Origin: the human T2T-CHM13v2.0 reference genome, Homo sapiens
Assembly (NCBI RefSeq): GCF_009914755.1
Contig: NC_060930.1
DNA length: 64,000 nt
Strand: one strand, 5' to 3'
Positions 1-12,990 of the stretch are shown in pieces. The translations under genes were made by a program, and so were the position numbers. Within the stretch, counting starts at the first letter, position 1; each line of letters opens with the position of its first letter. The notes below the pieces were generated by a model that was not told where the DNA came from, made no database searches, and saw only the letters and a list, made by a program, of their open reading frames with translations.

Positions 1-435
1 GTGAAACTAATTCTTCAAAATCATACCTATCCCCTTCACAAGGGACAAAATCAAATGTCAGAAGATAAAATGTCACAAGCCATGCTTTGGCATGGACATG
101 AAGCACAGTCTGAGAGCCTGTCTGAGTGGACAAGAGGCTGTGGCTGAGGAGTGGCCAGTGACGAGCAGGGTGTGGACAGAGGCCTCACCTCCCCTCGGAG
201 CGCCAGATGGCAAGCACAACTTCTCTTTGAGTCACCAAATCACTGAGTCACACCTTTCCTTTCTGGCTGACTCCAGCTTAATCCGAAGGGTGAGGTGAAT
301 ATTCCCAGTCCTAAACTGAAGACTGTGCCTTTTTTTTTCTAGGGAAAATGAAAGACCTAAGGAACTTAGCTTGGGGTTTGGTTGTTCTTTTGAAGCTTAA
401 CAATATCTGCATCTCAGGCCAAATTAACAATTCAC

Positions 436-811
436 ATATATGTATATAAAAACATAAACATATATATACATTATATGTACATAAACATATATATACATAA
501 ACATATATATACATAAACATATATATACACACACCATAAACATATATATTAAAAAACCATAAAACAAAAACAAAGGCCAACTTTTAACATATATAATGTA
601 TAATACATATTATACATTATATATGCTTGACATGTTAAAGTATTATATAATACATATATATGTATTGTATATGCTTAACATATATGTTTAACATAGATAA
701 TACATACATATTATATAACTATATATGTTTAATATACATATGCTTAATATATATGTTTAACATATATATGTTAAAGTTGGCCTTTGTTTTTGTTTTACGG
801 GTTTTTTTAAT
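436..811. repeat. TA-rich low-complexity repeat with inverted arms
   Basis: ATAAACATATATATAC-type units, (TA)n-rich; 548-595 is the near reverse complement of 763-811. Confidence 0.9.
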
Positions 812-2354
812 GTCCTAAAAAAGCCCTAGGGCCTTTGCAAGCATTTTCAAATAATGCCAAGTTCTTAACATTATCCTTTGAAGCCCTGCAAGTTCCAGCC
901 AATTTGGCCCCTACTGTCTTCAAGTTTAAGTGCAACACTTTTACTTCAGAAAAATTAAACAACAGACATATGACATGAAGTCATCTAAGTATGTTGATGC
1001 TGTGTCTTCACATTTGCACCAGGTCCACAGATACGACCCCTCCACTCTCAGCCAATCCAGCTCCTAGGATTCAACGTTCTGAAATCCAGGCTCTTTTCGA
1101 TCAGCTCATTGAAAGCGCGTTACCTCTGCACTCTGCCCTATCCCCACCTTCCTGGCTGTCCCATGTCTCAGCCTAATGACAACATATTAACTAATTTACT
1201 TTATCAGTCTTGTGGTTGCTGGGAAAATATTTCACAGATTAGATAACTTATTGAAGAAGGCTGAAAGTGCCTCTTCTCTCTAGCCTTGTGGCAATTAGTA
1301 GTCACTCAGCCCACCTACAGTTTGGTTCCCATCTCTGGAAGGTGCCCGGATGTTCTGAAGCCCTTCCTCTCATTCTTCCTTAACTATGCCAGGTATTCTG
1401 GAAAACTGAAAGGCCAGAATAACATCTCATTTCTCTCCCACTTCCCCCAAAATATTATATTCATTGAGTAGAGAAGCTTTTGACAAGGAAAGTCTTCAAT
1501 AAACAAATAAAGCAGGCTTTTTTTAAAACTCTGAAGTTATCTCAAAGCAGATATCACATTCAAAAGATGATGAGAATTAGGCTTTCCCCCACCCACCAAT
1601 CACTCTACTGAAAGCCATTAATATTATTAGTTGCAAATCCATTAGGTTAAATTGCCTCATCACATTTTCTAGACCATGATCTAGGAAATGTAAAGATGAG
1701 GGGTAAAGAGTGAGGACAGATTCCCCTGGAAGAGAAGTTATGACCACTCAGCAGGCAAGATTTTTCTACTGAAAGGGGGCAGTTCAGTGGGATTCTCTTA
1801 ATGTGAAACCCTAGGGTTTCACATTAAACTTGTTAGTGTATAACTAGCACCCTTGCTTTTGCTAATTATATAAACCTGTTAGCTGCTATTATTTCTTGAC
1901 CATTTCTTTAGCCAGTGTTGCCCACTCCCTAAGTTTAAAAAAGTTACATAAAGTTGTATTCATACCTCATCAGTGGGTGATGCTTCTGTATCTTTGTCCT
2001 CTGAAGATGATGTGGAGAGATAGCCCATCAACAATGCCTTCTATAGCTCTAGAGATACCCTCCCTGGTCTCCGAGACTTTGGCTGTTAAGTTTGGTGCTG
2101 CTCAACATTTTAATATTTTTATTATTGCTATAGAAATATTTCTTAATTGTAGATGTTTAAATATCACTCGCCATTTGTTGAATCTCTAAGAAACTGGTGG
2201 GTTTTCTCATTTCTGCTTCAGAAACAAGGAAATAAGAGATTAGGTGGTACTCAGGATTAGTATTCTTCCTGAATCCTGTTTCACAGCTCCCTAAGAGGCA
2301 GCACCTGCACAAAGAGGGAAGAGGATGGGCATCTTTTTCTTGGAAGCAGGAGCA

Positions 2355-2510
2355 CCTGGGTCCCAGTCCAGGCTTGCTCAGCCTTTCCCTAGCTGTGTCA
2401 CTGTAGGCAAGTTACTTAACTCCTGTGAGACGCCTGTACTTCCTCAGTCGATGTATCTACCTTGTCAGAGGTCAATAGAATAAATTGTGGAGAATAACTA
2501 GCATAATATT
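2355..2510 (+). mobile_element. MIR SINE fragment
   Basis: MIR core-like ctagctgtgtcactgtaggcaagttacttaactc. Confidence 0.65.
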
Positions 2511-2789
2511 AATAGATAATAGCAACTATCGTGAGGCGCAAAAGAGTCAGGAAGGCAAGCTCTATACACAATTGGTTCAATCAGTCATTCTGTTGTAATT
2601 GACTGACTGGACATGCTAAGTGGCATAAAATGTTAGGCTTAAGCCTACTGTTAGTTCAACTGTTTAGGGAGATAATTTTGACCCCACTCAAAGATATCCC
2701 TCCTCATCCTCTATTAAAGTAGTAAACTAGAAAGCAATACATCTGGAATAGAATGTCTTATTTATGTCATAGAATAAAATATATTGCTT

Positions 2790-3245
2790 TTGTAATGGAC
2801 CTTGTCAATTTTCCCAAAGCCTCCCTCCCATCCCATCACTTTCAATCATGGAGATCGGGTATCTTGGTGTCCCATCTGCAGGGTGGATCCCAATGGTCCT
2901 GTGCTGGTCAGTTTAATTATTGGTTCGGGAAGGGGCGTGTAACCCATGCTAAATTAATCCTAGGGATGTCCAGGATTTTGTTTAGTGGTTGAGGGAAAAG
3001 CAATTCTCTCTTCCTCTAGGAAGGCATGGTTTGCCCATAAAAAGCCTGGAGCTGCTGCAGCCACTTCCCGCTCTGAGAGAATCCAAACTGAGGATGAAAC
3101 CAACCACCAAAAGAAGGCAAAGGAAAAATAATCTCAAAGAAACAGAGCTGGGGAGCTGATCAAAGCACTCTGAGGCTTCCTAGAATGTTGACCTTTTCAA
3201 TTTCTTGAGCCAATAAATTCCTTTAAGTCCATTTAGAATTGGGTT
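2790..3245 (+). mobile_element. Old MaLR LTR (MLT1J/K-like)
   Basis: ggagctgctgcagccac...gaggatgaaaccaac and 3' gagccaataaattcctttaagtccatttagaattgggtt typical of old MLT1. Confidence 0.55.
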
Positions 3246-3419
3246 AGCTGGTATGTGTGGCCTCATGTATGTTAACTGTATGATTTCTTGAGCTGCACTA
3301 TTATACTACCACCCTTTATCAAGGATTGATGTACAAAACCCATTATATATGTTTCTGCATCTTCTGGAAAACCAGTCTTGAAGGCATTATATTACCATTG
3401 TCCTTTAAAAAACAAATCC

Positions 3420-3555
3420 AGCTAAGTGGGGTAGCTCACGCCTATAATCCCAGGTACTTGGAAGGATGAGAGGGAAGGATCACTGGAGGCCAGAGTTCAA
3501 CATCAGCCTGGGCAACACAGCAAGACCCCATCTCTAAAAATAAATAACTTAAAAA
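3420..3555 (+). mobile_element. Alu left monomer (FLAM-like)
   Basis: gctcacgcctataatccca...cagcctgggcaacacagcaagaccccatctctaaaaa. Confidence 0.85.
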
Positions 3556-3949
3556 ACATGAATCCATGTGATGAATTTACTCTTTGAATTTAATATTAGA
3601 GGGGAACAGAGCTTACTTCTAGAGAATCTACATGCTATCATTTTCCAAACTAGATCTATATACCCACATAATTTCCTTTTTGCCTCAACTGTCTGGAAAG
3701 CAGAGATACATGATGTTGGCAGGTTTGGTCACAAGCACTGCAGGGACCTTGGCAATGTGTAAAGACAGGAAGACAGGAGAAGCTGTGAACATGGTTGTCA
3801 GAGTCCCCAACCCCAGCTGGGCATCAAAGAGTGTCAGGAGCCCTGGATATGCTTGGGAGGGCAGAAGATTCAAACAGACAGCAAGTGCACTCAGAGGTTT
3901 AGAACATCTTGGATTGGATCAGGCTGCTAGTAAGCCCTTAATAAATAGC

Positions 3950-4302
3950 AGTTCTCTTCAAGGCCACATTGGTAAAAGCGAACATGAGAACCACCCACAT
4001 CAGATCTACCTGAAGACTACAGGGGAATTGTTGAGAATGAAGATTCCTAGGCCTCAGCCTAGGCCAGCTGCATCTGATTCTAGGTGGCCTTCGGAAATCT
4101 GCACCTCTTATAACCTCCTCAACTAAATCTGATGCATTCTAAATTTCCTAAACTTGCTTGACTGTAAGACTTGTTAATACACTGACTACAGTTCCCCACC
4201 CCAGAACTCATGAATCAGAATCTCCAGGGAAAGGGTCTAGGAATATTCACATTTAACAAGCACCCCAGGAAATTCTTCTCATCAAGTGTGTTTAGGAAAT
4301 GC
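3950..4302. mobile_element. MER5-family hAT-Charlie fragments
   Basis: agattcctaggcctc...aatctgcac; ccccaccccag...tgaatcagaatctccagg...atttaacaagcaccccagg. Confidence 0.65.
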
Positions 4303-4307
4303 TTCCT

Positions 4308-4660
4308 ACTTTAGGTCAGGCTTCTATAACAAAGTAACATAGGCTGGGTGGCTTATAAACAACAGAAATTTATTTCTCGCAGCTCTGGAGGCTGGAAGTC
4401 TGAGATCAGGATGCCAGCATGGTTGAGTTCTGGCAGAGGCCCTCTCTGGGTTGCAGACTGCTGCCTTCTTATATCCTCACATGGTGGAAAGAGAACAAGA
4501 GAGCTCTATGGGGTCTCTTTTATAAGGACATTAATCTCACTCAGGAGAGCTCCATCCTCATGACCTAATTACCTCCCAAAGGCTCCACCTCCTCAAACCA
4601 TCATGTTGAGAGTTAAAATTTCAACATACAAATTGGAGGGGAGGATAATTCCGTTCATAA
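4308..4660 (-). mobile_element. MaLR LTR (MLT1A-like)
   Basis: ggctgggtggcttataaacaacagaaatttatttctc...ctggaggctggaagtctgagatc...tgacctaattacctcccaaaggc. Confidence 0.85.
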
Positions 4661-5353
4661 ATTTTCCCTAGAGAGTACTGGAAATCCATTGGCACCAGAG
4701 CCCAAGGGCTCCTGCATCCCAGGTTTGCTGGGAAGTTGTGTACGGGAGCCCCATGTGACACTGGAAGATGTAACGAAGTCATCAGATCCAAGATCTGGAG
4801 AGGCTGACTTGCTTCTAAGTCCTTCAAGATGCTGAAACTGGAAGCTAGTCATCCACGGGCTTCCCACACCTGCCAGGTGCAGGTCTGGATCTGCTAATGC
4901 TGCCCAACACCGGGACCACCTGCCCAAAGCTGGGCAAACTGAAGCCAGGGCACAGGAGGTGTTTGCCTGCGGCAGCCATCAGACTCCAAGCATTTCATGC
5001 TCTCTCATCATTGGATCTCAACTATGGCTGCTTTAAGTCAGCTAAGGAGCTTTAATAAAACCCATGCAGTGCTCCACCCAAACTAATGAAATCAGAATGG
5101 CGGGGGCAGGGGGGACTGCTGTGTTTATTACCCCCATCACCCCCATCTAGATGACTCTGTGCACAGCCATAATTGGGAAACACTGTGAGTTGTGTCCACT
5201 TTTCTTCCTTCATCTCTGCTCTCAACTGCCCTGCTCTGCATTCTTATTTAAAAGGCATCTCTTTAACTGTTGTTGCAAATCTGTACGGAAATACTTTAAA
5301 ACATTTTAAGTCACTCATTAATTCAGTCAACTAGTGAGTTCATATTTTTAAGG

Positions 5354-5654
<301 letters not shown>

Positions 5655-5971
5655 TAAAAATATACACCATATAGGTGAATTGGCATTTTAAAAATCCTTC
5701 CTTGGTGATGGAATATAAATCAAAAAATTCTGTAGCCGGAATTATAAATGTGATTGCCTCTTTAGAATTCAGTATTTATGCACACAAATATTTACTAGAT
5801 ATATTATAATGTAAAAATCATCTGATGACTGGAGTGATGTTTTGAAGATGAAATAAGAGGATTGCAATAAAAGGCGGTGTGATGAAGAGTAAAGGCTGTA
5901 CTATATTTTTATCTGCATAAATACCAAAACACGCAGTCAGTTAAGTCTAATGTTAAAACAATAAATGGTAA

Positions 5972-6310
<339 letters not shown>

Positions 6311-6558
6311 GGTATTTATACTTTTATGGGATAGGAAAACCAATCTACGTAAACACTAAGAGGTGGAGCCCTGGCCTTGCATCAGTCTACCCTCCACAGA
6401 CTTTGGTCACAAACATAAGAAGCTGCATGTGCTCAGAAAGAGCACCAAGCATCCTGGGCTGTACAAGAGGAGAATGCACTGGAGAGGGTTTGTAATCACC
6501 TTTTCCCCCCACAGTAAAATATCATTTTTAATGGAAACAGTGAGCAAAAAACTCTATA

Positions 6559-6870
<312 letters not shown>

Positions 6871-7229
6871 TAAAACGCTATAGGCAAAAGTTTATCGTTG
6901 CAACATGGGTCGTTAGGAGTAAAACTACCAATTGGTATCTTTGAAATAACAATGTTTCCAAAAGCATCACTTTAAGGTCCTTACTCACGGGACACATTTG
7001 CCATGAGCCTACTCTCTCACCAGCCCGTGACTCAGCTTCATCATGCAGTGGTCCAAGTAACAAGGGATCCGTGAGTCAAATGGAAGAATTTGGAAAAGTT
7101 TGGTGGGGGAAAATTAATGAATTAATAAAACTGACCCAACTATGTGGGGAAAAAAAGAGCTCTTGTGAAGTAGAGCAGAAAATTATTAAGGTGGCCCTGC
7201 ACTTTATAAATTGTTTATAGGCGTGAGCT

Positions 7230-7400
7230 TGGATACAGTAGAAAGAACATTGGAATTAGTGACTTCAGTTCCAGTCTCAGCCATAATATGTGCTGGCTCT
7301 GTGCCTCAGGCAAGTCTCTGAATCCTTCTGAATCTCAATTTCCCCAACTGAAAAAGGGGGGTGATAGTACCTACCTCACTAGATTATAATGTAGATCAAA
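7230..7400 (+). mobile_element. MIR SINE
   Basis: gtagaaagaacattggaattag...ggcaagtctctgaatccttctgaatctcaatttcccca...gatagtacctacctcac. Confidence 0.75.
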
Positions 7401-7509
7401 GCAAATAACAGGTAAAGAAACCCTTTGAAAATTACCTTTGCTGGACAGTAGGGCATCTAGAAATGGTATAATTATATTCCATGCTGTGAAAATTTCTAGC
7501 TTAGAATTT

Positions 7510-7700
7510 TGAGCAATTAGGTGCTCCACAGCAAAATAGAGGACATGGAGAACTTGGAGAAAGTTCAGAAGACAGCCACAGAGATGATTAAAGAGATTGA
7601 AAATCAAAACCATGCTTAGGAAAGGTTAAAAGAACTGGGTTCATCCTGCTTGGAGAAGACAAGTCTACAGGGTAATTAAATCATTGTTTACAAGCACACG
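7510..7700 (+). mobile_element. CR1/L3 LINE fossil (ORF2 C-terminal region)
   Basis: Translates to EDMENLEKVQKTATEMIKEIE...ERLKELGSSCLEKTSLQGN*IIVYK, resembling CR1 LERVQRRATKMI...[22 protein letters not shown].VYK. Confidence 0.8.
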
Positions 7701-7942
7701 CAGCCTGGTGTCCAGCTGTTGCTTCCAACTGACAAAAGAGAAGAAAGTACTGTGGACCCTCATCACTGGCACATTTGACATATGAGGTTTCAAATCATTG
7801 TGCGTGACTCTGGAGGTTCATGACATGTCATAATTTGTATTTTTTTTCTAAGTCACAAATTCTAACCACAGGTGTGTGAAGGGAGCTCTGAGATGATCAG
7901 TGACTGAGTCTATCCAACTACCCAACATAGAAATCTCAATGG

Positions 7943-8243
7943 GGGCTGGGTATAGAATCGCTTCAGCACTTTGGGAGGCCAAGGCGGGTGGATTATTTGA
8001 GCCCAGGAGTTCGAGACTAGCTTGGGCAACATGGTTACACCCCATCTCTACAAAAACATACAAAAAATTAGCCAGGTGTGGTGATGCACATGTGCAGTCT
8101 CAGCTATTCAGGAGGCTGGGATGGAAGGATCGCTTGAGTAAAGGAAGCCAAGACTGCAGTGAGCCATGATCACACCACTGCACTCTAGCCTGGGTGACAG
8201 AGCAAGACCTTGTCTTAAAAAAAAAATTTAAAAAAAAAAAAAG
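7943..8243 (+). mobile_element. Alu (J-like)
   Basis: Dimer with A tail; TSD tctcaatgg. Confidence 0.92.
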
Positions 8244-8309
8244 AATTCTCAATGGAAATATGTTGTACCCCACTAATGTCTTTCACACAGTAATTCTCAG
8301 AAATAACAA

Positions 8310-8500
8310 AAATAATAGCTACCTTTCACTGTTGACTCTGTACCAAGCAGTGTGTGCTAAGAGCTTTCAGTGCAGTATTTCATCTCATGGAGAAAGGAAA
8401 TGAGCATGAATCAGTTAAGGAACACACTCAAGGTCACCCAAGTAGTAAGTAGAGGAGCAAGGGTTTTGTCCTACGTGTTATCCAGAGCCCAAGTTCTTCA
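8310..8500 (-). mobile_element. MIR SINE
   Basis: aataatagctacc...taccaagcagtgtgtgctaagagcttt...ctcaaggtcaccca. Confidence 0.65.
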
Positions 8501-9106
8501 TAGCTGCCACAAATTTTCTTTGTGAAAAATGGCCCCAGAAATAGAGTCACCATGGATCTTAAATTCAGCTGATTAGATAAAAGAAAAAAACAATTAATTA
8601 AAATAGAGTCACTGTCTAGGGCTGATGACAGCAATGAAGGCAAAGTGACGAATTCAAATAGTGATGGTTGTTACTAGAAATTGGAAGTGTCACTGCATTT
8701 GGATGTAGCTGATATTTATGACACCAACTTGACCACCTGAGAATTTGACATTCCACATGATGTTATGTGAGCACATTTGGAGATTTTCTAGACCTGCAGC
8801 CTCTCTCCAGGCTTTCTAGTTCAAGTCAAGTTGGACTCTGATCACCTTCCTGCCGATATTTGTCTAGAATGCTCACTTTCTTTTCTGCAACCATCTTTGC
8901 TTGCTGTCTACACAACAAAATTAACATCACATACAATCCTGCTTTCTATTTGTAGCTCACCTTCCCATATTCTTACTGTTTTCCATAATCTTAACACAGT
9001 ACATGCACTTTCTGGGTAAATTCTTCAGTTCATTGCCACAGAACATGAGATGAACAAGGCCTGAGCGTTAGCCTGAGTTGGTGCTGAAGGAAGAACTTCT
9101 GTGTTA

Positions 9107-9460
<354 letters not shown>

Positions 9461-10011
9461 TTAGAAATCAGACCCAAGATCAAGCCCAAGACTAGAAGCA
9501 CAATACCCAGTTTCAGTTAAGTGAGAAGCCACCATCGGAAAACAAGGCAAGAAGCCAGAAGCCAAGGAGAAGAATAGAGAGTGCAAGAAAGAGTGACGGA
9601 TTCGCAACACAGACAGCAACATAAGCAACAATGACAAGGCTCACTCATGGTGGGATGAATGGCATGGAGGCAGTTTTGCCAGTTTAGAATACAGGATTGG
9701 GCCAGACTTATATTTCCGTGCTCTGCATGTCTGCAAGCAGAAACCATGACATAAGCCATGTCAATGCGATGTGGTCTTCTGCTAGAGTGGCAAACACAAG
9801 TGTGATGTGGAATCACAGAGACAGAGCTGTCAGAGGATTCTTGGGGAAGATGAGACTTAGACTAAGTTTCAAAGGAGAGCTAAGTGAGAAACAAAAGAAG
9901 ATATATTCTAGGAAGAGGAACAGTGCAGGCAAAGACCTCTGCCTTGGTTGTAAAGCCGGTCAGAGAAGCCAACGGTGTGGGGGAAGCTTTTGGAGATAGG
10001 GCTGGGATTGA

Positions 10012-10057
10012 TTATGTTGCTGCAAAAGTAATTGCTGTTTTTGCCATTGTTTTCAAC
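10012..10057. mobile_element. Half MADE1 (Hsmar1 MITE)
   Basis: ttatgttgctgcaaaagtaattgctgtttttgccatt matches one MADE1 arm. Confidence 0.75.
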
Positions 10058-10501
10058 GTCACACAGGGCTGCTGCGAAGAGGGGATGAGGTCACATGTTT
10101 CAGGCAATCAAGTTACAATCATGTTTTGGTGGCTGGTGTCTGCTCCTGGACTAGAATTTCAGGCAGGATGAAGGTCAAGCAACCAGACCAGGAACACTGG
10201 ACCAGTGAAGAAACCGCATGTAGTTTCAACCCAAGCATTGCAGTCCTCCTGAGCTGTGGGGAAAACTCAGATGTGCTGAGTGTTTCTGAGGGAAGCAAAG
10301 TGTTCTTTCTGTAGACTAAAATTTGATAAGGATGAACTACAAGCATCAGGGAAGCTTTGCAAAGAAACAGGCAGCACCGAAAGTGCTTCAGAAAAATCTT
10401 ACTGTCAACAATGAGAATGGCTGACTTTAGAAGAAATTTCTTTGCCTTTCTTGGCACTAAATACTGAAGGATCAAATCAGTGTAACAGACACATGGAAGT
10501 A

Positions 10502-11792
10502 CAGTTGACCCTTGAACAACACGGGGGTTGTTGTCATATAACTTTTGACTCCCCAAAAACGTAACTACTAGTAGCCTACTGTTGTATTAGCCTTACTGAT
10601 AATATAAACAGTCAAGTGACACATATTTTGCATATTATATGTGCTGTATACTGTATTCTTACAACAAAGTAAGCTAGAGAAAAGCAAATGTTATTAAGGA
10701 AATCATAAGGGAGAGAAAATACATTTACAGTACTGTGCTGTATTTATCAATATTGTAAGTTTCTTGTGGTCTGTCTACAAGATGAGTCATCTGCCAAAAG
10801 GGTGACAACCACAGTGCAGACCTCAGTCTATGGTACATATCAAGCAATTCAACTTTTTCTTGTAATGTCATGACTTCCCGCTGCTTTTTGGGAGCACTTC
10901 CAGGACACTTCATATGCATTCCATTGCGTTATGCAGGGTTTATGGTATTGCACTAAACACGATGAAAATATGCAAGAACTTCAAGAGATCGCTTTTTAGT
11001 GTGATGTGAAATTTACCAGGGAGAGGAAGTGCTCAAGGGGAAATGATTAGCATCACAATGCTTTTTTTTTTTTTTTTTGAAACGGTATCTCACTCTGTCT
11101 CCCAGGCTGGAGTGCAGTGGCGCCATCTCAGGTCACTGCAACCTCTGCCTCCTGAGTTCAAGCTATTCTTCTGCCTCAGCCTCCTGAGTACCTGGGATTA
11201 CAGGTATGTGTCACCACGCCCGGCTAATTTTTATATTTTTAATAGAGACGAGTTTCGCCATGTTGGCCAGGCTGGTTTCAAACTCCTGGCCTCAAGCGAT
11301 CCACCCACCTCGGCCTCCCAGAATGCTACACACAGCATTTTAAGTGGGTATTCACAACACTTGAGCTCACGGCAATAGCAACAGGAGATGGCTATGAAAT
11401 GATTACAGTAGTATGGCGTTACTACAGTTAATTTTATGCAGTTATAATGCAATACTGCATTTTTACATTTGTTTACATTTCTCTCAACTACAAATGGCAC
11501 CATATACATCCATAGTGTCTGTATGCACAAGTTTTGATAAATTTTAACTTTTTATAATAAATTTGTGTATATTTCATGGTGGTAAATTATAAAATAGACT
11601 AGTACCTACATATATTTTATGAATTCATGACATACCTAACATTTTCTTAATGTTTTCAATATTTCTAGGCTATGTGGTTCGTCGAGTTTTTCAATTTGTT
11701 GCAAATCTCAAAAAAAAATTCTAATATATTTGTTGGAAAAAATCTGCAAATAAACGGACCCACGAAGTTCAAACACATGCTCAAGGACGCTG
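10502..11792 (-). mobile_element. Tigger2-derived DNA transposon (Tigger2b-like), interrupted by an Alu
   Basis: TIR cagttgacccttgaacaacacggg, degraded reverse TIR near 11750-11792, TA flanks; ORF 10725-10919 encodes SAPKKQREVMTLQEKVELLDMYHRLRSA (CENP-B-like N-terminus). Confidence 0.88.
11061..11322 (-). mobile_element. Alu (5'-truncated) inside Tigger
   Basis: poly-T plus Alu body; TSD aatgct. Confidence 0.93.
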
Positions 11793-12509
11793 TACCTATT
11801 TTACAGATAAGTTAGAACCTGATCAGGATTCCTTATTTAAGACATACTTACTTTATTTCTTAATTATGAAAACAGTATTTGCCGTAAGTTGATTTCATTT
11901 GTTCAGATATCAGTGTGTTGTAAAATTATTCTTACCCCTAGAAACAAGAATTTAAGAGCCATCTCCTATCAATTACATGAAAACCCAGGAAAAATCATAA
12001 GCAAATTCCCGCTGCTATTATTAACACCTCTCATTGATCTAACGAGTATTATCTACTGTAACATGTCCCCCTCCTGCCTCAAGCTTCTGAGCTGTATCCT
12101 GCCTCCAAGAGCGTATGTCACATTGAGAAATACCAACAGATTTAAACAGATTTAACAAGACTTAATTAAGAAGTTCGAAAGTCTTTCCTAAAATTTAGAT
12201 GCTGTCTTCCAAAGTCAAACCAAAATCATTGCTCATGTCTGTACTGATGACTTTCTCACCAGTGTGTGCAAGTTAGAGCCCACTGGAATTCTCCTACATT
12301 TTCAACACACCAGGTGACATCTTTACTTAGTTTCCGTCTATCGTCTCCACCCAGCAGGCCTAAAACATTGCCCTTCTCCCTTAATTAGTTCACGCTTTTA
12401 AACATCCTATTCCAACAAATACAAACCCTTTAGCACACGGTGTCTTACAGATACCAGGGGCTCTCTATATTATCTTCAAATGGCTGAATGATTGAGGGTA
12501 CCCTCGACC

Positions 12510-12990
12510 TCTCTGCCTCTCTAGTCTCCTCTTCTTCCTCTCTGCCTCTTATGCACTCCCCTCCAGCCACATTGACTCCTGTTTCTCAAACACACTAAGC
12601 AGCATTCCAACATCAGGGCCTTTGCACTTTCTGTCCCCTTGGGCTCAATACCATTTTCCACCACATCCATATGGTTCATCCTCTGAGCTCCTTCAGGGCT
12701 CCTGAAATCTGACAACTTAGCAGTGAGCTCCTCCCCACCCATCAGGCTCAGCACAGCATCCCCCCAAACAGCCTCCATCTCTGCAACAACTCACAAGCTT
12801 CCCCCTTCATTGTTCTCCATGGCACTTATCAACAGCTGACATTTGCTTATTTCACTTGCATATTTGTTTGTCAGACTCTTCCATATAAACTCCATGAAAG
12901 CAATGTTTTGTTTACTGTGGTGTCCACAGTACCTAGGACAATGCATACATAGAGGACACTCAACTAACATTTGAACGAATGAACGAATGT
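12510..12990 (+). mobile_element. L2 LINE 3' end
   Basis: ctccagccacattgac...cagggcctttgcac...acctaggaca...ctcaactaacatttgaacgaatgaacgaatg. Confidence 0.8.

Noticed and set aside
10012-10057. Possible miR-548-type hairpin from MADE1
   Set aside because: Only one arm is present, so the hairpin cannot form
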